DNA of 64,000 bases from a virus, in IMG/VR virus record IMGVR_UViG_3300035703_000053, positions 19,754 through 83,753 of that record. One strand, given 5' to 3'. Positions 28,351-37,103 of the stretch are shown here, one piece after another. The notes under the pieces are model-generated. The model saw only the letters and a program-made list of their open reading frames with translations. It did not search any database and had not been told where the DNA came from. A program made the position numbers and the translations under genes. The first letter of the stretch is position 1. Every line of letters starts with the position of its first letter.

Positions 28351-29310
28351 TTAATACATTGGAAGTTGTGTATCATTTTGGCTAGCTGCAATAGCTTGGT
28401 TTGCAAGCACACCAGCGATTGCACCAGCTGCTCCACCTAATAAACCACCGACCGTGCCACGGACTCCTTGGCCTTTGGGATGGATTTTTGTAGGAATGTT
28501 TTCGGGAATATTAGACAGCAAGGCCATTTGTTGTGCTTGCGGGGGACGCGGTGCAGAAGCAAGTGCTGTACGTGCGCCAATTACGCCTCCAACCGCTGTC
28601 GTGACCGTAGGTATGCTGACCGGATATCCAAAGAGCCTAGCTTCGGGTACCCCTTGTAAATTCTCTGGTGTTACTTTGGCAACTCCCAAAATACCCGCTT
28701 GGTTGTATAAGAAGTCCATATAGTTTGCATAACGTTTTTTTGTGAGTGTTGGGATTTCTTCTTGTGCTTTTTCGTAAGCCAACGGACGCCCCTGTCTGCC
28801 TTGGATAAAACGTTCGAATATTTCTGTGCCCGGTTCAATTGATTGGGTTGGATCTTCTGAGTCGGGACGATTTTGTTTAAAGCCTTTTGGTCTGCCTAGC
28901 TCAGAGATATTAGTTGGATCGTATGCACCAGACAGGGCAAATGCTGGTGTAAGTATTGATGCACCGATGGCTGCTGACGTATATCTAGGAAGAGTTTTAT
29001 TTGGGTCAATAAATTTTTGCGTTGCTTTTTCGGCAATAGAAATGGGATGGTTGTAACGCCAATACACACCTCGCGTTTCATCTGCAACAATGTCACCTAA
29101 AACTCGCGATGCATACGCACCTAAAAATGCCTTAGGTGTTTCTTTAAAATTAATACCTTGAGCCTGGAGAATTTTTTGAAATTCTTTGTCTTGAATAGTG
29201 TTGACGCCGTAGGAAGGATTGACTTCCGCAGCTTGATACATGGCCCTTTTTCCGGCCCGAAAGCCGGGTATAAAGCCTTTAGTAGCTTGGCCTGGGAGCT
29301 GTGATGTCAT
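28351..29310 (-). CDS. hypothetical virion-module protein
   Basis: 319 aa; C-terminal glycine zipper. Confidence 0.6.
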   Translation of the reverse strand: MTSQLPGQATKGFIPGFRAGKRAMYQAAEVNPSYGVNTIQDKEFQKILQAQGINFKETPKAFLGAYASRVLGDIVADETRGVYWRYNHPISIAEKATQKFIDPNKTLPRYTSAAIGASILTPAFALSGAYDPTNISELGRPKGFKQNRPDSEDPTQSIEPGTEIFERFIQGRQGRPLAYEKAQEEIPTLTKKRYANYMDFLYNQAGILGVAKVTPENLQGVPEARLFGYPVSIPTVTTAVGGVIGARTALASAPRPPQAQQMALLSNIPENIPTKIHPKGQGVRGTVGGLLGGAAGAIAGVLANQAIAASQNDTQLPMY

Positions 29311-29852
29311 TGCATTGACTGCAGGAGTTCCAGGGTTTCCGGTGGCAAAGTAATGCCTGGATAATGAAACTCTTGGAATTGAGTTCCAGGGGAAAGGGGT
29401 TGTGCGTTGATGAGATTATTTACGCGTTGCCGTTGAGCTACTTGTTGGTTGATTTGACGCTCTTGTGATTGTTGCGCTGGTTGCAACTGCTGTTGCTGCT
29501 GGTATAGCGCACCTTGAGTGACGTAATCAACCAAGGGCATTGACGCAAGTGAAGCAATTAAATTAACACCTGTTTCAACACTGGAAGGAGAATATGGAAT
29601 TTCACGTTTGGTGACGACGCCATCTTTTCCTTTAATTGTGGCCATACCCCCTGGCGTACCAGGAAACATCTTGCGAGTTGCACCAACCAAAGGATAGTTA
29701 AGCAAGAAGTCGCCTGCGGCATACGCAGCACCAGCAGCTGGGCCACCCGCCATGGTACCAACAGCAAAGTTCAGTGCTGCTCCAGGGAGCGCTGCTTTTG
29801 CTGCTTGTCTTGAAGTTTGGCTTGTTAGTAACCGCCCCAGCTCCTTAAGCAT
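29307..29852 (-). CDS. hypothetical virion-module protein
   Basis: AGGAGG RBS; Q-rich tail. Confidence 0.65.
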   Translation of the reverse strand: MLKELGRLLTSQTSRQAAKAALPGAALNFAVGTMAGGPAAGAAYAAGDFLLNYPLVGATRKMFPGTPGGMATIKGKDGVVTKREIPYSPSSVETGVNLIASLASMPLVDYVTQGALYQQQQQLQPAQQSQERQINQQVAQRQRVNNLINAQPLSPGTQFQEFHYPGITLPPETLELLQSMQ

Positions 29853-29881
29853 ATATCCTCCTTTGTCTCTTTATTTTAGCT

Positions 29882-30547
29882 TTAGCTATTCAATGTTTTA
29901 CCTGGGGAGGTATTTGTTTCTACACTTGTATCATCAGCAGTTGTCTCGCCAGCGCTCTCTTCTTTTTTAGCGGTATCTGATTGAACTTTAAATTGTCCTT
30001 TTCTGTCAAGCAACTGTGCAATAGACGGTTTATCTTGTACTTCATTCTCTGCACGTTTTTCCGCCATTGCCATTAAGTAGCCATTAGGATCAGGATTGCG
30101 CATCCGTGGCATAGGGTTTTTAGCTACTTTGCCAGGATTTAAAGTTGGACTAAGTTTATATGCTTCGATCCACTGGGGATTGAAATCTGGTTGGTCTTGT
30201 GGACGTTGCTGTGTGCGTGCACGACCTTCGTTAAAGTCATAATCTTCTGGGCGGTTGAATCGACCAAGACCGTCAAACAGCTCGTACTCAGGGGTTACTT
30301 TTTGATTGTCATCAAAAAAAGGAGAGTTACTTACAAAATTAAGAGTTGGGTTGAGTGTTGTTTTGCGAGTCATTGCTCGCTTGGTTAGGTCCTCAGAACT
30401 AAACCTTGACGGGTTCCAAGGGTAAGCACCAGAGCTTGGTTTAGATCTAAACAGTTCATCAAAATCTAACCGCTTAGGGATTTCTCCTTGACGATTAAAT
30501 GGGTTTCGGATGTAACGTCCAAGATCTAAGCGTGGGTCTTGAGCCAT
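29882..30547 (-). CDS. hypothetical protein
   Basis: 221 aa; TAATG coupling. Confidence 0.6.
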   Translation of the reverse strand: MAQDPRLDLGRYIRNPFNRQGEIPKRLDFDELFRSKPSSGAYPWNPSRFSSEDLTKRAMTRKTTLNPTLNFVSNSPFFDDNQKVTPEYELFDGLGRFNRPEDYDFNEGRARTQQRPQDQPDFNPQWIEAYKLSPTLNPGKVAKNPMPRMRNPDPNGYLMAMAEKRAENEVQDKPSIAQLLDRKGQFKVQSDTAKKEESAGETTADDTSVETNTSPGKTLNS

Positions 30548-30765
30548 TAGTTTTTAGCTTTTTCTTTTTTGTTTTTATGTAAGCCTACAAGCGTTTGACG
30601 CAACCTGGCTTGTTTCACCGTTTTTTCATCATATTTATCTGGGTTAGACAAGACGTTCTCTTGTAATTGCGCGGTGGTAATACCCTTCTTTTTTGCTTTA
30701 GCAGTAAAAGCACCTTCTTGAATATCGGCACCTTGAATCCATTTTTTATCTTTTTTTTCAACCAT
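30547..30765 (-). CDS. small basic protein
   Basis: KKWIQGA.I.EGAFTAKAKK...ARL..TL pattern seen in small phage proteins. Confidence 0.65.
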   Translation of the reverse strand: MVEKKDKKWIQGADIQEGAFTAKAKKKGITTAQLQENVLSNPDKYDEKTVKQARLRQTLVGLHKNKKEKAKN

Positions 30766-30767
30766 GA

Positions 30768-33700
30768 TTAACGACGCAAAGCAGAACGCATTAATTGTTG
30801 AATCATCCCTTCAGATGGCGCTTGATAAGGCCGAAGGGCATTTTGTCCCACTCCCTTGAGTTTAACACCTTGAATTGATGCGGGTCCTTCCATGCGCTCT
30901 GCTGCAGCTGAGATATAGTTGCCGATATGACGTGCAACGGCATCAGCACGTGCTTGTTCTGGTGAAATTCCCTGAGGGATGGTAGCGTTACGGCGAGCGT
31001 AACCAGCCATTTCAGTACTCATAGGGGTTTTACGTTCTGTGGGCATCGGTGCTGGCGCTTGAAGAGGAGGGCTAGAAGGGCCTTGCTGGGGAGGAGGAGT
31101 GGCCGAAGTGGGCCCAGGTTGCATGCCACGTTTGTATGCTGCTTGTGCCATCAAGCGATTACCCGCTTCTTGTAATTGAGACCCTGTTACACCATAACGT
31201 GAAATTGTTTGTGATTCAGATAAAGTTCCAACACCTGCTGGGATTGCACCCATTCCTCCTCCAAGTTGTAATCCACCCCTGGACACACGGCCACCAGGTG
31301 TGAGGTTTGCAGTTAATGCAAATTGATTAAGTTGTTCCAATTGAGAGCCGGAACGGGGTTCTAAATTAACGCGTAACTGTTGATTTGGATATTGATAGTC
31401 ACCTGTATTGACGCGAGAAGCGGGACCCATTGCTGCTGCAGCAGCTCCTGTGTACGGATTTTGAGTACGTGCAAAAGAACCGGGAGACTTAACAGGAAAA
31501 CCAACCGGAGGCGTTTCAAGATAAGGACGCGACCCAACAGAGCCTGGCTCGTTTACAGCAGGCCTTCCCGCACCAGGCTGAAGACGTTGTGGCGCCATCT
31601 CATTACGTTCAGCAAAAAATGTAAGCGGGCCTTCATATGTTTCTGTATCAACTTCTTGTGCGGAAACTCCACCCGCGCCGCTCACCTTTGTTTTACCTGG
31701 TAATGGAACCGCTTCCATGTTGATATATTCTGGGTCAACAATAGGCGTTTCACGGATTTGACCTGTTTTAAAAGTTTTGCGATTTACAAGGGGGCGACCT
31801 TGTTCGTTAACTTTTGCCGGTTTTACATAAATGTTTGTTTCTTTTAACCCAGGTTGAATGTTGTTAATAAAGTCAAAAGCTGCAGAAGATAAATATCTTT
31901 TTTCATTTTGCTGAAGAACAGGAAGTGTTATTTGTTTAGACGTTTTTAAATAGTTATCTAAACTTTGAATCAAATATGTTTGGCGTTCCAAGGCGGAACC
32001 ACCACCTTGTGCCGACCACATTTCTGCGGCATTGTTTAAGACTCCGTTTAGTTCATTCCTGTTTAAAGAAATGTCACGAAGATTGGGATCAGCGCCGACA
32101 CGACCTCGTAACGGTTGTTCGCCAGCAACTTTAGTTTTTGCTTGATTTACATACCAATTACCTTTTTCGTCTTGAATGAGACGTTCTTGGGCTGTCATGT
32201 ATTTAGTTACAGGTTGAGTTGTGATTTCAGAGGAGGGTTCGGAGGTTGCTGGTTGATAACGACCCAGCAGTTTACCTCCTGAGGTAGGGTCATAGCTTGG
32301 ATCATCAACGGTGATTGAACCTTGATAGGAACCTAAAGAACGCACTCGTCCTGTTTTTGTATCAACAATACGAATTGGTTTACCTGCAATATTGGTACGT
32401 GTTTCTTTGTTGCGTGTACCAGTGCCAGTTAAATAAGCTCTTCCGGTTTGTGGATCAAAAGTCCAACCAGCTGCCGGATCGCCTTCTAAAGTTTCACGCG
32501 CCGGAAGTACACGGTCAATTTCTCGTTCTTGGCGCATGGATCCAGGTAACGCACCACTGGACTCTGATATTTGTCCAGGAACTGTTGTTGTGCCGCTTTT
32601 TGTTCTTTCTTGGAACCCTTTAGTTAAAACAAATCCGCCAGGACCTTCTACATCTCCGTAATCAGCTGCATTTGCTTCGTAGTCTGTACCACGGCCACGA
32701 TTAAGGTTTAAATCTTCTAAGTCAGCAGTAGTATCAATTTCAAATTGACCGGTAGTTGGGTTATAAGCATATACATCACTACCAAACTCACCAACAATTC
32801 CCTCGCCTGCATTGCGTTCGGTCATGCCGCCGCCTTCGGCCATTACCTCGTAATCTAAATTCCTACCTACACGTCCACCACGAACAGCAAGCGTTGTACC
32901 AAGTAGGTCTTTAACGTTTTTAGTAGGAACAGTAGGGTCAAGTAAAGCAGCAACATCGAGTTGAGTTAATGGCTCCATAGAACCAGGGCGGTAGTCGCTA
33001 GCTGAAGCTGAGATACGATGGAAAATTTCTTCTTGCGTTAAGCCATGACTTGGACCCATTACTTGTAAAGCCCTTGCGTTTTTAGGTGCTTTACTCCTTT
33101 GAGTTGCGAGTGCCCAGGCAGCGGCCTTTTGTGCCGCAGCCTCAGCTGAAATAGCTTCGGCTTGTTGGCTAAAAGTTTTAAACCCGCTGATTTTTCTTTG
33201 TTCTGCGCCAGGGGATTGAGCAAAATTTTCAATTTGATCGGTTGGTAACCCATCTGGTAATTGAGAGGCAACTTGATTAATTGCTGTACCAGGTTCGTAG
33301 CCACTCATTTGAGAGGGCTGAGCCTCTTGCATCATTAAATGTTGTTTTTCAGCGACGTCGTCTTCAAGTGTTTCAATTTGAGACATGTCATAATCTTCAT
33401 TACGTTGAAGTTGTGTTTTAATTCGACCAGTAACTTGGTCTTCCCCGGATTCAACTGCATTTGCAAGTTGGTCACGTGTTTGGGCTAATAAGTTGTTTTG
33501 GATTTCCGTAAGATCAGCAAATGATCCAGGTTGGTTTGCACGTTTAGGTAGTTTTGTTGCTTGGCCTTGAGGAATTTCTGCTAAGGAGCCAGTAGATTCA
33601 ACGTATGCGCGTGGGCTAAAGCCTTCGGCTGGTTGCCTGGATTGAATGCGAGGAGCAGGAGGTGGGGTAGATGGCCTCACTACAGGCAGACCAGCTGATT

Positions 33701-34055
33701 TGGTAGGTGCGGGCGCTTGGGGAATAGGCTCTGCTGCTGCACGCCTCACTGCAGCACCACTGAGGTCAACAGTGGCTGGTTTTACGGCAGAGGCTGCAGC
33801 TTGAGCAGGGGGAGTACCGCGTAAAAAACGAGTGGCGCCATACGCACCAGCCCCTAAGCCAGCTAAAGCAGCTCCTACGCCCAGAGCTTGGGCCAAATTA
33901 AAACCTTGGTTTTCCTCTTGGGACGGAGATTTGAGTTGATTACGACGAAATGCCAGGACCTCAGGGGCCATTTGAGCCTGTTCTTCCGGATCACGGGGGA
34001 TTGGTGCTCCAGTGGCGCGGCTATATGCGTAGAAATCGGCCTGAGATAACGCCAT
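30768..34055 (-). CDS. 1095-aa low-complexity protein, putative internal virion protein
   Basis: First gene of the leftward arm; P/A/Q/G-rich; no recognisable catalytic motif. Confidence 0.7.
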   Translation of the reverse strand: MALSQADFYAYSRATGAPIPRDPEEQAQMAPEVLAFRRNQLKSPSQEENQGFNLAQALGVGAALAGLGAGAYGATRFLRGTPPAQAAASAVKPATVDLSGAAVRRAAAEPIPQAPAPTKSAGLPVVRPSTPPPAPRIQSRQPAEGFSPRAYVESTGSLAEIPQGQATKLPKRANQPGSFADLTEIQNNLLAQTRDQLANAVESGEDQVTGRIKTQLQRNEDYDMSQIETLEDDVAEKQHLMMQEAQPSQMSGYEPGTAINQVASQLPDGLPTDQIENFAQSPGAEQRKISGFKTFSQQAEAISAEAAAQKAAAWALATQRSKAPKNARALQVMGPSHGLTQEEIFHRISASASDYRPGSMEPLTQLDVAALLDPTVPTKNVKDLLGTTLAVRGGRVGRNLDYEVMAEGGGMTERNAGEGIVGEFGSDVYAYNPTTGQFEIDTTADLEDLNLNRGRGTDYEANAADYGDVEGPGGFVLTKGFQERTKSGTTTVPGQISESSGALPGSMRQEREIDRVLPARETLEGDPAAGWTFDPQTGRAYLTGTGTRNKETRTNIAGKPIRIVDTKTGRVRSLGSYQGSITVDDPSYDPTSGGKLLGRYQPATSEPSSEITTQPVTKYMTAQERLIQDEKGNWYVNQAKTKVAGEQPLRGRVGADPNLRDISLNRNELNGVLNNAAEMWSAQGGGSALERQTYLIQSLDNYLKTSKQITLPVLQQNEKRYLSSAAFDFINNIQPGLKETNIYVKPAKVNEQGRPLVNRKTFKTGQIRETPIVDPEYINMEAVPLPGKTKVSGAGGVSAQEVDTETYEGPLTFFAERNEMAPQRLQPGAGRPAVNEPGSVGSRPYLETPPVGFPVKSPGSFARTQNPYTGAAAAAMGPASRVNTGDYQYPNQQLRVNLEPRSGSQLEQLNQFALTANLTPGGRVSRGGLQLGGGMGAIPAGVGTLSESQTISRYGVTGSQLQEAGNRLMAQAAYKRGMQPGPTSATPPPQQGPSSPPLQAPAPMPTERKTPMSTEMAGYARRNATIPQGISPEQARADAVARHIGNYISAAAERMEGPASIQGVKLKGVGQNALRPYQAPSEGMIQQLMRSALRR

Positions 34056-34157
34056 TTGGTTTTATTACGTATATTTTGATCTGTTGTCATTCTATTGTTG
34101 ACAAATCTGGGGAATAGAGGAGTTATATTAAAAGAAATAGCTTTGATTACGCACCAG

Positions 34158-34373
34158 ATGGACGCTGGTACCAGGCAAAAACGAATTGAAGCCCTAGAAG
34201 CGATTAAAAACAACGCTCTTAAGTTGGCACGTGAGGGGCGTGACTCGTTGGAAGTGCGTGATTTTGTAACAGAAGCTAAAAAAGAATTGGCATATGAGCT
34301 TCCCGATGAAGAAGCTTTTGTAAAAGCAAAGAATGCAACATTGGCCTATAAGAGGGCAAAAGAGGAAAAATAA
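34158..34373 (+). CDS. small helical protein
   Basis: ATG 34158 (MDAGTRQK); followed by terminator. Confidence 0.55.
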   Translation: MDAGTRQKRIEALEAIKNNALKLAREGRDSLEVRDFVTEAKKELAYELPDEEAFVKAKNATLAYKRAKEEK

Positions 34374-34492
34374 AATTTTTAAAATTTGTAAAAAATAAAA
34401 ATAAAACAAGGGCAAGTTAGGGTTTAAAGTTAGGGAATATTGGATATTTTACCGACATAAATTAGTTTTTAGTTAATTTTTAATGTTGTGCG

Positions 34493-34512
34493 GCCCAAGT
34501 ATGGGCTTTTTT
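34493..34512 (+). terminator. intrinsic terminator
   Basis: GCCCA-AGTA-TGGGC-TTTTTT. Confidence 0.6.
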
Positions 34513-34645
34513 ATTACCTATTTGTAGTTAGGGCGGCCCCTATAGGGCCCAAATAGGATTAAAAATTACCTGACGCTTCTCCAACCAGCTAACCGAAGTG
34601 GAATGTGGGAAGAAAAAAAAGAATAGGTGAGTGGTTGAATATTGT

Positions 34646-34675
34646 ACGGGGGCTGCGCATCCGTTAATAACGCAG
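34646..34675 (+). ncRNA. H-type pseudoknot, family A copy 1
   Basis: ACGGG/TCCGT and CTGCG/CGCAG; repeated at 35068. Confidence 0.6.
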
Positions 34676-34697
34676 AGTTCTACCACAGGTTAGTTCA

Positions 34698-34934
34698 ATG
34701 ACTGAGCGTGTGAAGCGTTTTGAGAGGGCAGCGAGCATGTTGGTTGCTGGCTGTAAGGTTAGCGTGTTGGTAAGTGAGTTACCGCAGGGTAACGTGCAAG
34801 CATGGCTAGCTGAATTGAAAGGTTACGTAATGTTTGGTCACACTGATCCAGGGGATGAGTGGATTTATAAAGTTTACGTTACTGTGAAGAACGGTCGAGC
34901 AGTAGCGCAGGCGAAAGTAGTGTACGTTAATTGA
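34698..34934 (+). CDS. early hypothetical protein
   Basis: Starts 22 nt after family A element. Confidence 0.6.
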   Translation: MTERVKRFERAASMLVAGCKVSVLVSELPQGNVQAWLAELKGYVMFGHTDPGDEWIYKVYVTVKNGRAVAQAKVVYVN

Positions 34935-35067
34935 GGATAAGTTGGTTTAATCCGACATTATCTGATAAGTAATTGTACTTACTTGTCAATTGTCAGCGTT
35001 TCCTGACACGACTTTTCGGCTACCCGGCGCGAGGCTTGCGGGAAAGACCGTGTGACAGCTGGTAGTA

Positions 35068-35095
35068 ACGGGGGCTGCGCATCCGTACAACGCAG
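35068..35095 (+). ncRNA. H-type pseudoknot, family A copy 2
   Basis: Same stems as copy 1; loop 3 differs (ACAA vs TAATAA). Confidence 0.6.
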
Positions 35096-35118
35096 AACAT
35101 TCCATCGCATTCAACGCA

Positions 35119-35295
35119 ATGATTTATTCGGTATGCATTAAGAGTTCGTTGTCGTATCAAGATTTCTTGTTTGCCAAAACATTGTATAGCTCAGTAGAGA
35201 AAGAGTTTTCTACTGAGCAACAAGCTCAACAATATATCCAATCTTTTGAAGATTGGGAGCGTAACTATTTACATATAGAAGTGTTTCCGTTCTAA
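35119..35295 (+). CDS. early hypothetical protein (58 aa, not in track)
   Basis: MIYSVCIKSS...EVFPF; starts 23 nt after element. Confidence 0.55.
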   Translation: MIYSVCIKSSLSYQDFLFAKTLYSSVEKEFSTEQQAQQYIQSFEDWERNYLHIEVFPF

Positions 35296-35303
35296 GTTTT
35301 AAC

Positions 35304-35369
35304 GCCTGATGGTGCAGGAAGGGTTCGACTCCCTTCCCAGGCATTGCCCCCAGCGGAGATGGGCACCGC
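35304..35369 (+). ncRNA. T-loop module (family B1) plus pseudoknot (family C1)
   Basis: GCCTG..GGAAGGG-TTCGACT-CCCTTCC-CAGGC, then TGCCC/GGGCA and GCGG/CCGC. Confidence 0.65.
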
Positions 35370-35385
35370 ACAACAGGAGTTTCCT

Positions 35386-35481
35386 GTGGACTACACACCA
35401 GTCGGTCAGGTTATTGCACCTTACGTTTCACTGGTTGCAATATTCATTGCTGCCTTTGTAATAGGTTACGTAACCGACTGA
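35386..35481 (+). CDS. 31-aa hydrophobic peptide (not in track)
   Basis: AGGAG RBS, GTG start, one predicted TM segment; stop lies inside B2. Confidence 0.5.
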   Translation: MDYTPVGQVIAPYVSLVAIFIAAFVIGYVTD

Positions 35482-35549
35482 TCCGTATAAGCGGGTGACC
35501 AGGTGCAAACCCTGGTCCAGTTATTGCCCCCAGCGGAGATGGGCACCGC
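35476..35549 (+). ncRNA. tRNA-like three-way junction (B2) plus pseudoknot (C2)
   Basis: GACTG/CAGTT, CCG/CGG, GACCAGG-TGCAAAC-CCTGGTC; C2 identical to C1. Confidence 0.7.
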
Positions 35550-35566
35550 ACAATCCACTGCAAAGC

Positions 35567-35782
35567 ATGTACATCATCTTTGTTAATGGCGAACAGCATA
35601 GCTGCTATGGCTCTAACGAATACGTTGAGGCCATAGAAGAAGCTGCTCAGCTGGACCACATGTACAACTCACCTGAGTTGAACGGTGGCGTCCAGGGCGC
35701 CACAGCGGTCGAGATTCTGACTGTATCAGGCAGGATACTGTCTGATGCAGAGCTTGATGCTCGTGCAGCTATGGCTGACTAA
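35567..35782 (+). CDS. early hypothetical protein
   Basis: ATG 35567 (MYIIFVNG) after C2. Confidence 0.6.
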   Translation: MYIIFVNGEQHSCYGSNEYVEAIEEAAQLDHMYNSPELNGGVQGATAVEILTVSGRILSDAELDARAAMAD

Positions 35783-35856
35783 CTGATCCGTACACACGGA
35801 CTGGGAGGTGTGAGCCCTCCCTCAGTTATTGCCCGACCGTAGGGATGGGCTCCTAC
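35781..35856 (+). ncRNA. tRNA-like three-way junction (B3) plus pseudoknot (C3)
   Basis: AACTGA/TCAGTT, TCCGT/ACGGA, GGGAGG-TGTGAGC-CCTCCC; GCCC/GGGC and GTAGG/CCTAC are compensatory relative to C1/C2. Confidence 0.7.
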
Positions 35857-35860
35857 ACAC

Positions 35861-36157
35861 ATGGAGTTATCCATGGATTTGACTACAGGTTGGCAGCAAC
35901 ATCCCAACGTGCCTGGTGGTTACCACCTGGTTTACGTTGATGATCTGGTCGGTGACTTATCCATTGTTACTGGACCGAGAGGTTCAGGGCTAATGGCATC
36001 TAACGACCCAGGTCAGGAACCTACTTATGAAGTGTGGTTTCCAGGGATGGCTGATCCAACCGGTCACCTAACACTTGATGAGATCAAAGGGATCATCAAG
36101 TACATGCGTCAACGTGAGCAGGAGCGTATGAACTACTGCTACAACGAAGACAACTGA
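35861..36157 (+). CDS. early hypothetical protein
   Basis: 98 aa (or ATG 35873 with GGAG); stop lies inside B4. Confidence 0.6.
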   Translation: MELSMDLTTGWQQHPNVPGGYHLVYVDDLVGDLSIVTGPRGSGLMASNDPGQEPTYEVWFPGMADPTGHLTLDEIKGIIKYMRQREQERMNYCYNEDN

Positions 36158-36220
36158 TCCGTATAAGCGGGAGGCAGGGTGCAAACCCCTGCCCAGTTAT
36201 TGCCAACCACTGAGGTTGGC
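36152..36220 (+). ncRNA. tRNA-like three-way junction (B4) plus hairpin
   Basis: AACTG/CAGTT, CCG/CGG, GGCAGGG-TGCAAAC-CCCTGCC, then ATT-GCCAACC/GGTTGGC. Confidence 0.7.
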
Positions 36221-36231
36221 TTGCAAACACA

Positions 36232-36405
36232 ATGGGCATTCGCAAAACTTTGGCCAATGCACTTAACTCGACAGCAGCAATGCTGGAGAGTGACACATCT
36301 AAAGAGTACATCAGCGCCAAGCTGAGTGAGTACCGTATCCGTGCGGCAGCAATCATGATGCCAAAGGATATGGCATTCATCATTACTCCTAAGACAGACA
36401 TTTGA
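36232..36405 (+). CDS. early hypothetical protein (57 aa, not in track)
   Basis: MGIRKTLANAL...PKTDI after B4. Confidence 0.55.
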   Translation: MGIRKTLANALNSTAAMLESDTSKEYISAKLSEYRIRAAAIMMPKDMAFIITPKTDI

Positions 36406-36436
36406 TCTCAACAGTCAACTTAATTCAATTCAGCTT

Positions 36437-36664
36437 ATGTTTATCTATCAACCAAAGGATGCACTTGATCGTGTCGTATGGTATGGAGGTGAATCTACTC
36501 AGCTCCACTATGAGCAGGAAGTAGATGGATGGGACGGCAATCCTGATTGGATTGAACGTTCAGTTCGTACTCTTGGTGGTGGTATACCAGCGGGAGTATC
36601 TGAACTACAAGCCGAGCTTGTGGATTATTACAACTACTGTCAGTGCGCAGTTAACTACGATTGA
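36437..36664 (+). CDS. early hypothetical protein
   Basis: 75 aa. Confidence 0.6.
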   Translation: MFIYQPKDALDRVVWYGGESTQLHYEQEVDGWDGNPDWIERSVRTLGGGIPAGVSELQAELVDYYNYCQCAVNYD

Positions 36665-36665
36665 C

Positions 36666-36723
36666 TCCTGTAATTAACCCTTTGCTTTGGCAGAGGGTTT
36701 CCTACAGGATTCAACAATCCTGT
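36666..36723 (+). ncRNA. long hairpin with alternative 3' hairpin, family D1
   Basis: TCCTGTA/TACAGGA and AACCCT/AGGGTT; alternative ACAGGATT/AATCCTGT. Confidence 0.65.
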
Positions 36724-36748
36724 CACTCAACTCAACTAGGACTCAACA

Positions 36749-36988
36749 ATGACTCCTGCATACGTTGAACGGCTACTTACACAAGATGCTCGACTGCTTG
36801 CCAGGAGAGATTCCCCTGCCATTGACCAAGATCTTGAGCAGCAGCGTCAAGCTGCACTCGAAATCTTTTTCAAATGGCAGGATGATGCCTGTCAATTTGA
36901 AGACGTTATACCGTTCTGTGTTGTGCTCCAGCGCAAAGTAAATCTCAATCGAGATTTGCTACGTTGGGAACGCCAGAACGCAGACTGA
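36749..36988 (+). CDS. early hypothetical protein
   Basis: 79 aa between D1 and D2. Confidence 0.6.
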   Translation: MTPAYVERLLTQDARLLARRDSPAIDQDLEQQRQAALEIFFKWQDDACQFEDVIPFCVVLQRKVNLNRDLLRWERQNAD

Positions 36989-36989
36989 C

Positions 36990-37060
36990 TTCTGTACTTA
37001 ACCTTCCGTTGATATGAATTCGTATCGGCGGTAGGTTTTCTACAGGACTCAACATCCTGT
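36990..37060 (+). ncRNA. family D2
   Basis: TTCTGTA/TACAGGA, AACCT/AGGTT, longer apical stem; alternative ACAGGA/TCCTGT. Confidence 0.65.
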
Positions 37061-37103
37061 CACCAGTACATACGTACTACCAATCCAATTCAACACAACG
37101 GTC

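Noticed and set aside
35476-36198. Hammerhead ribozymes (CTGA start)
   Set aside because: The sequence is CTGATCC, not CTGANGA, and there is no GAAA core.
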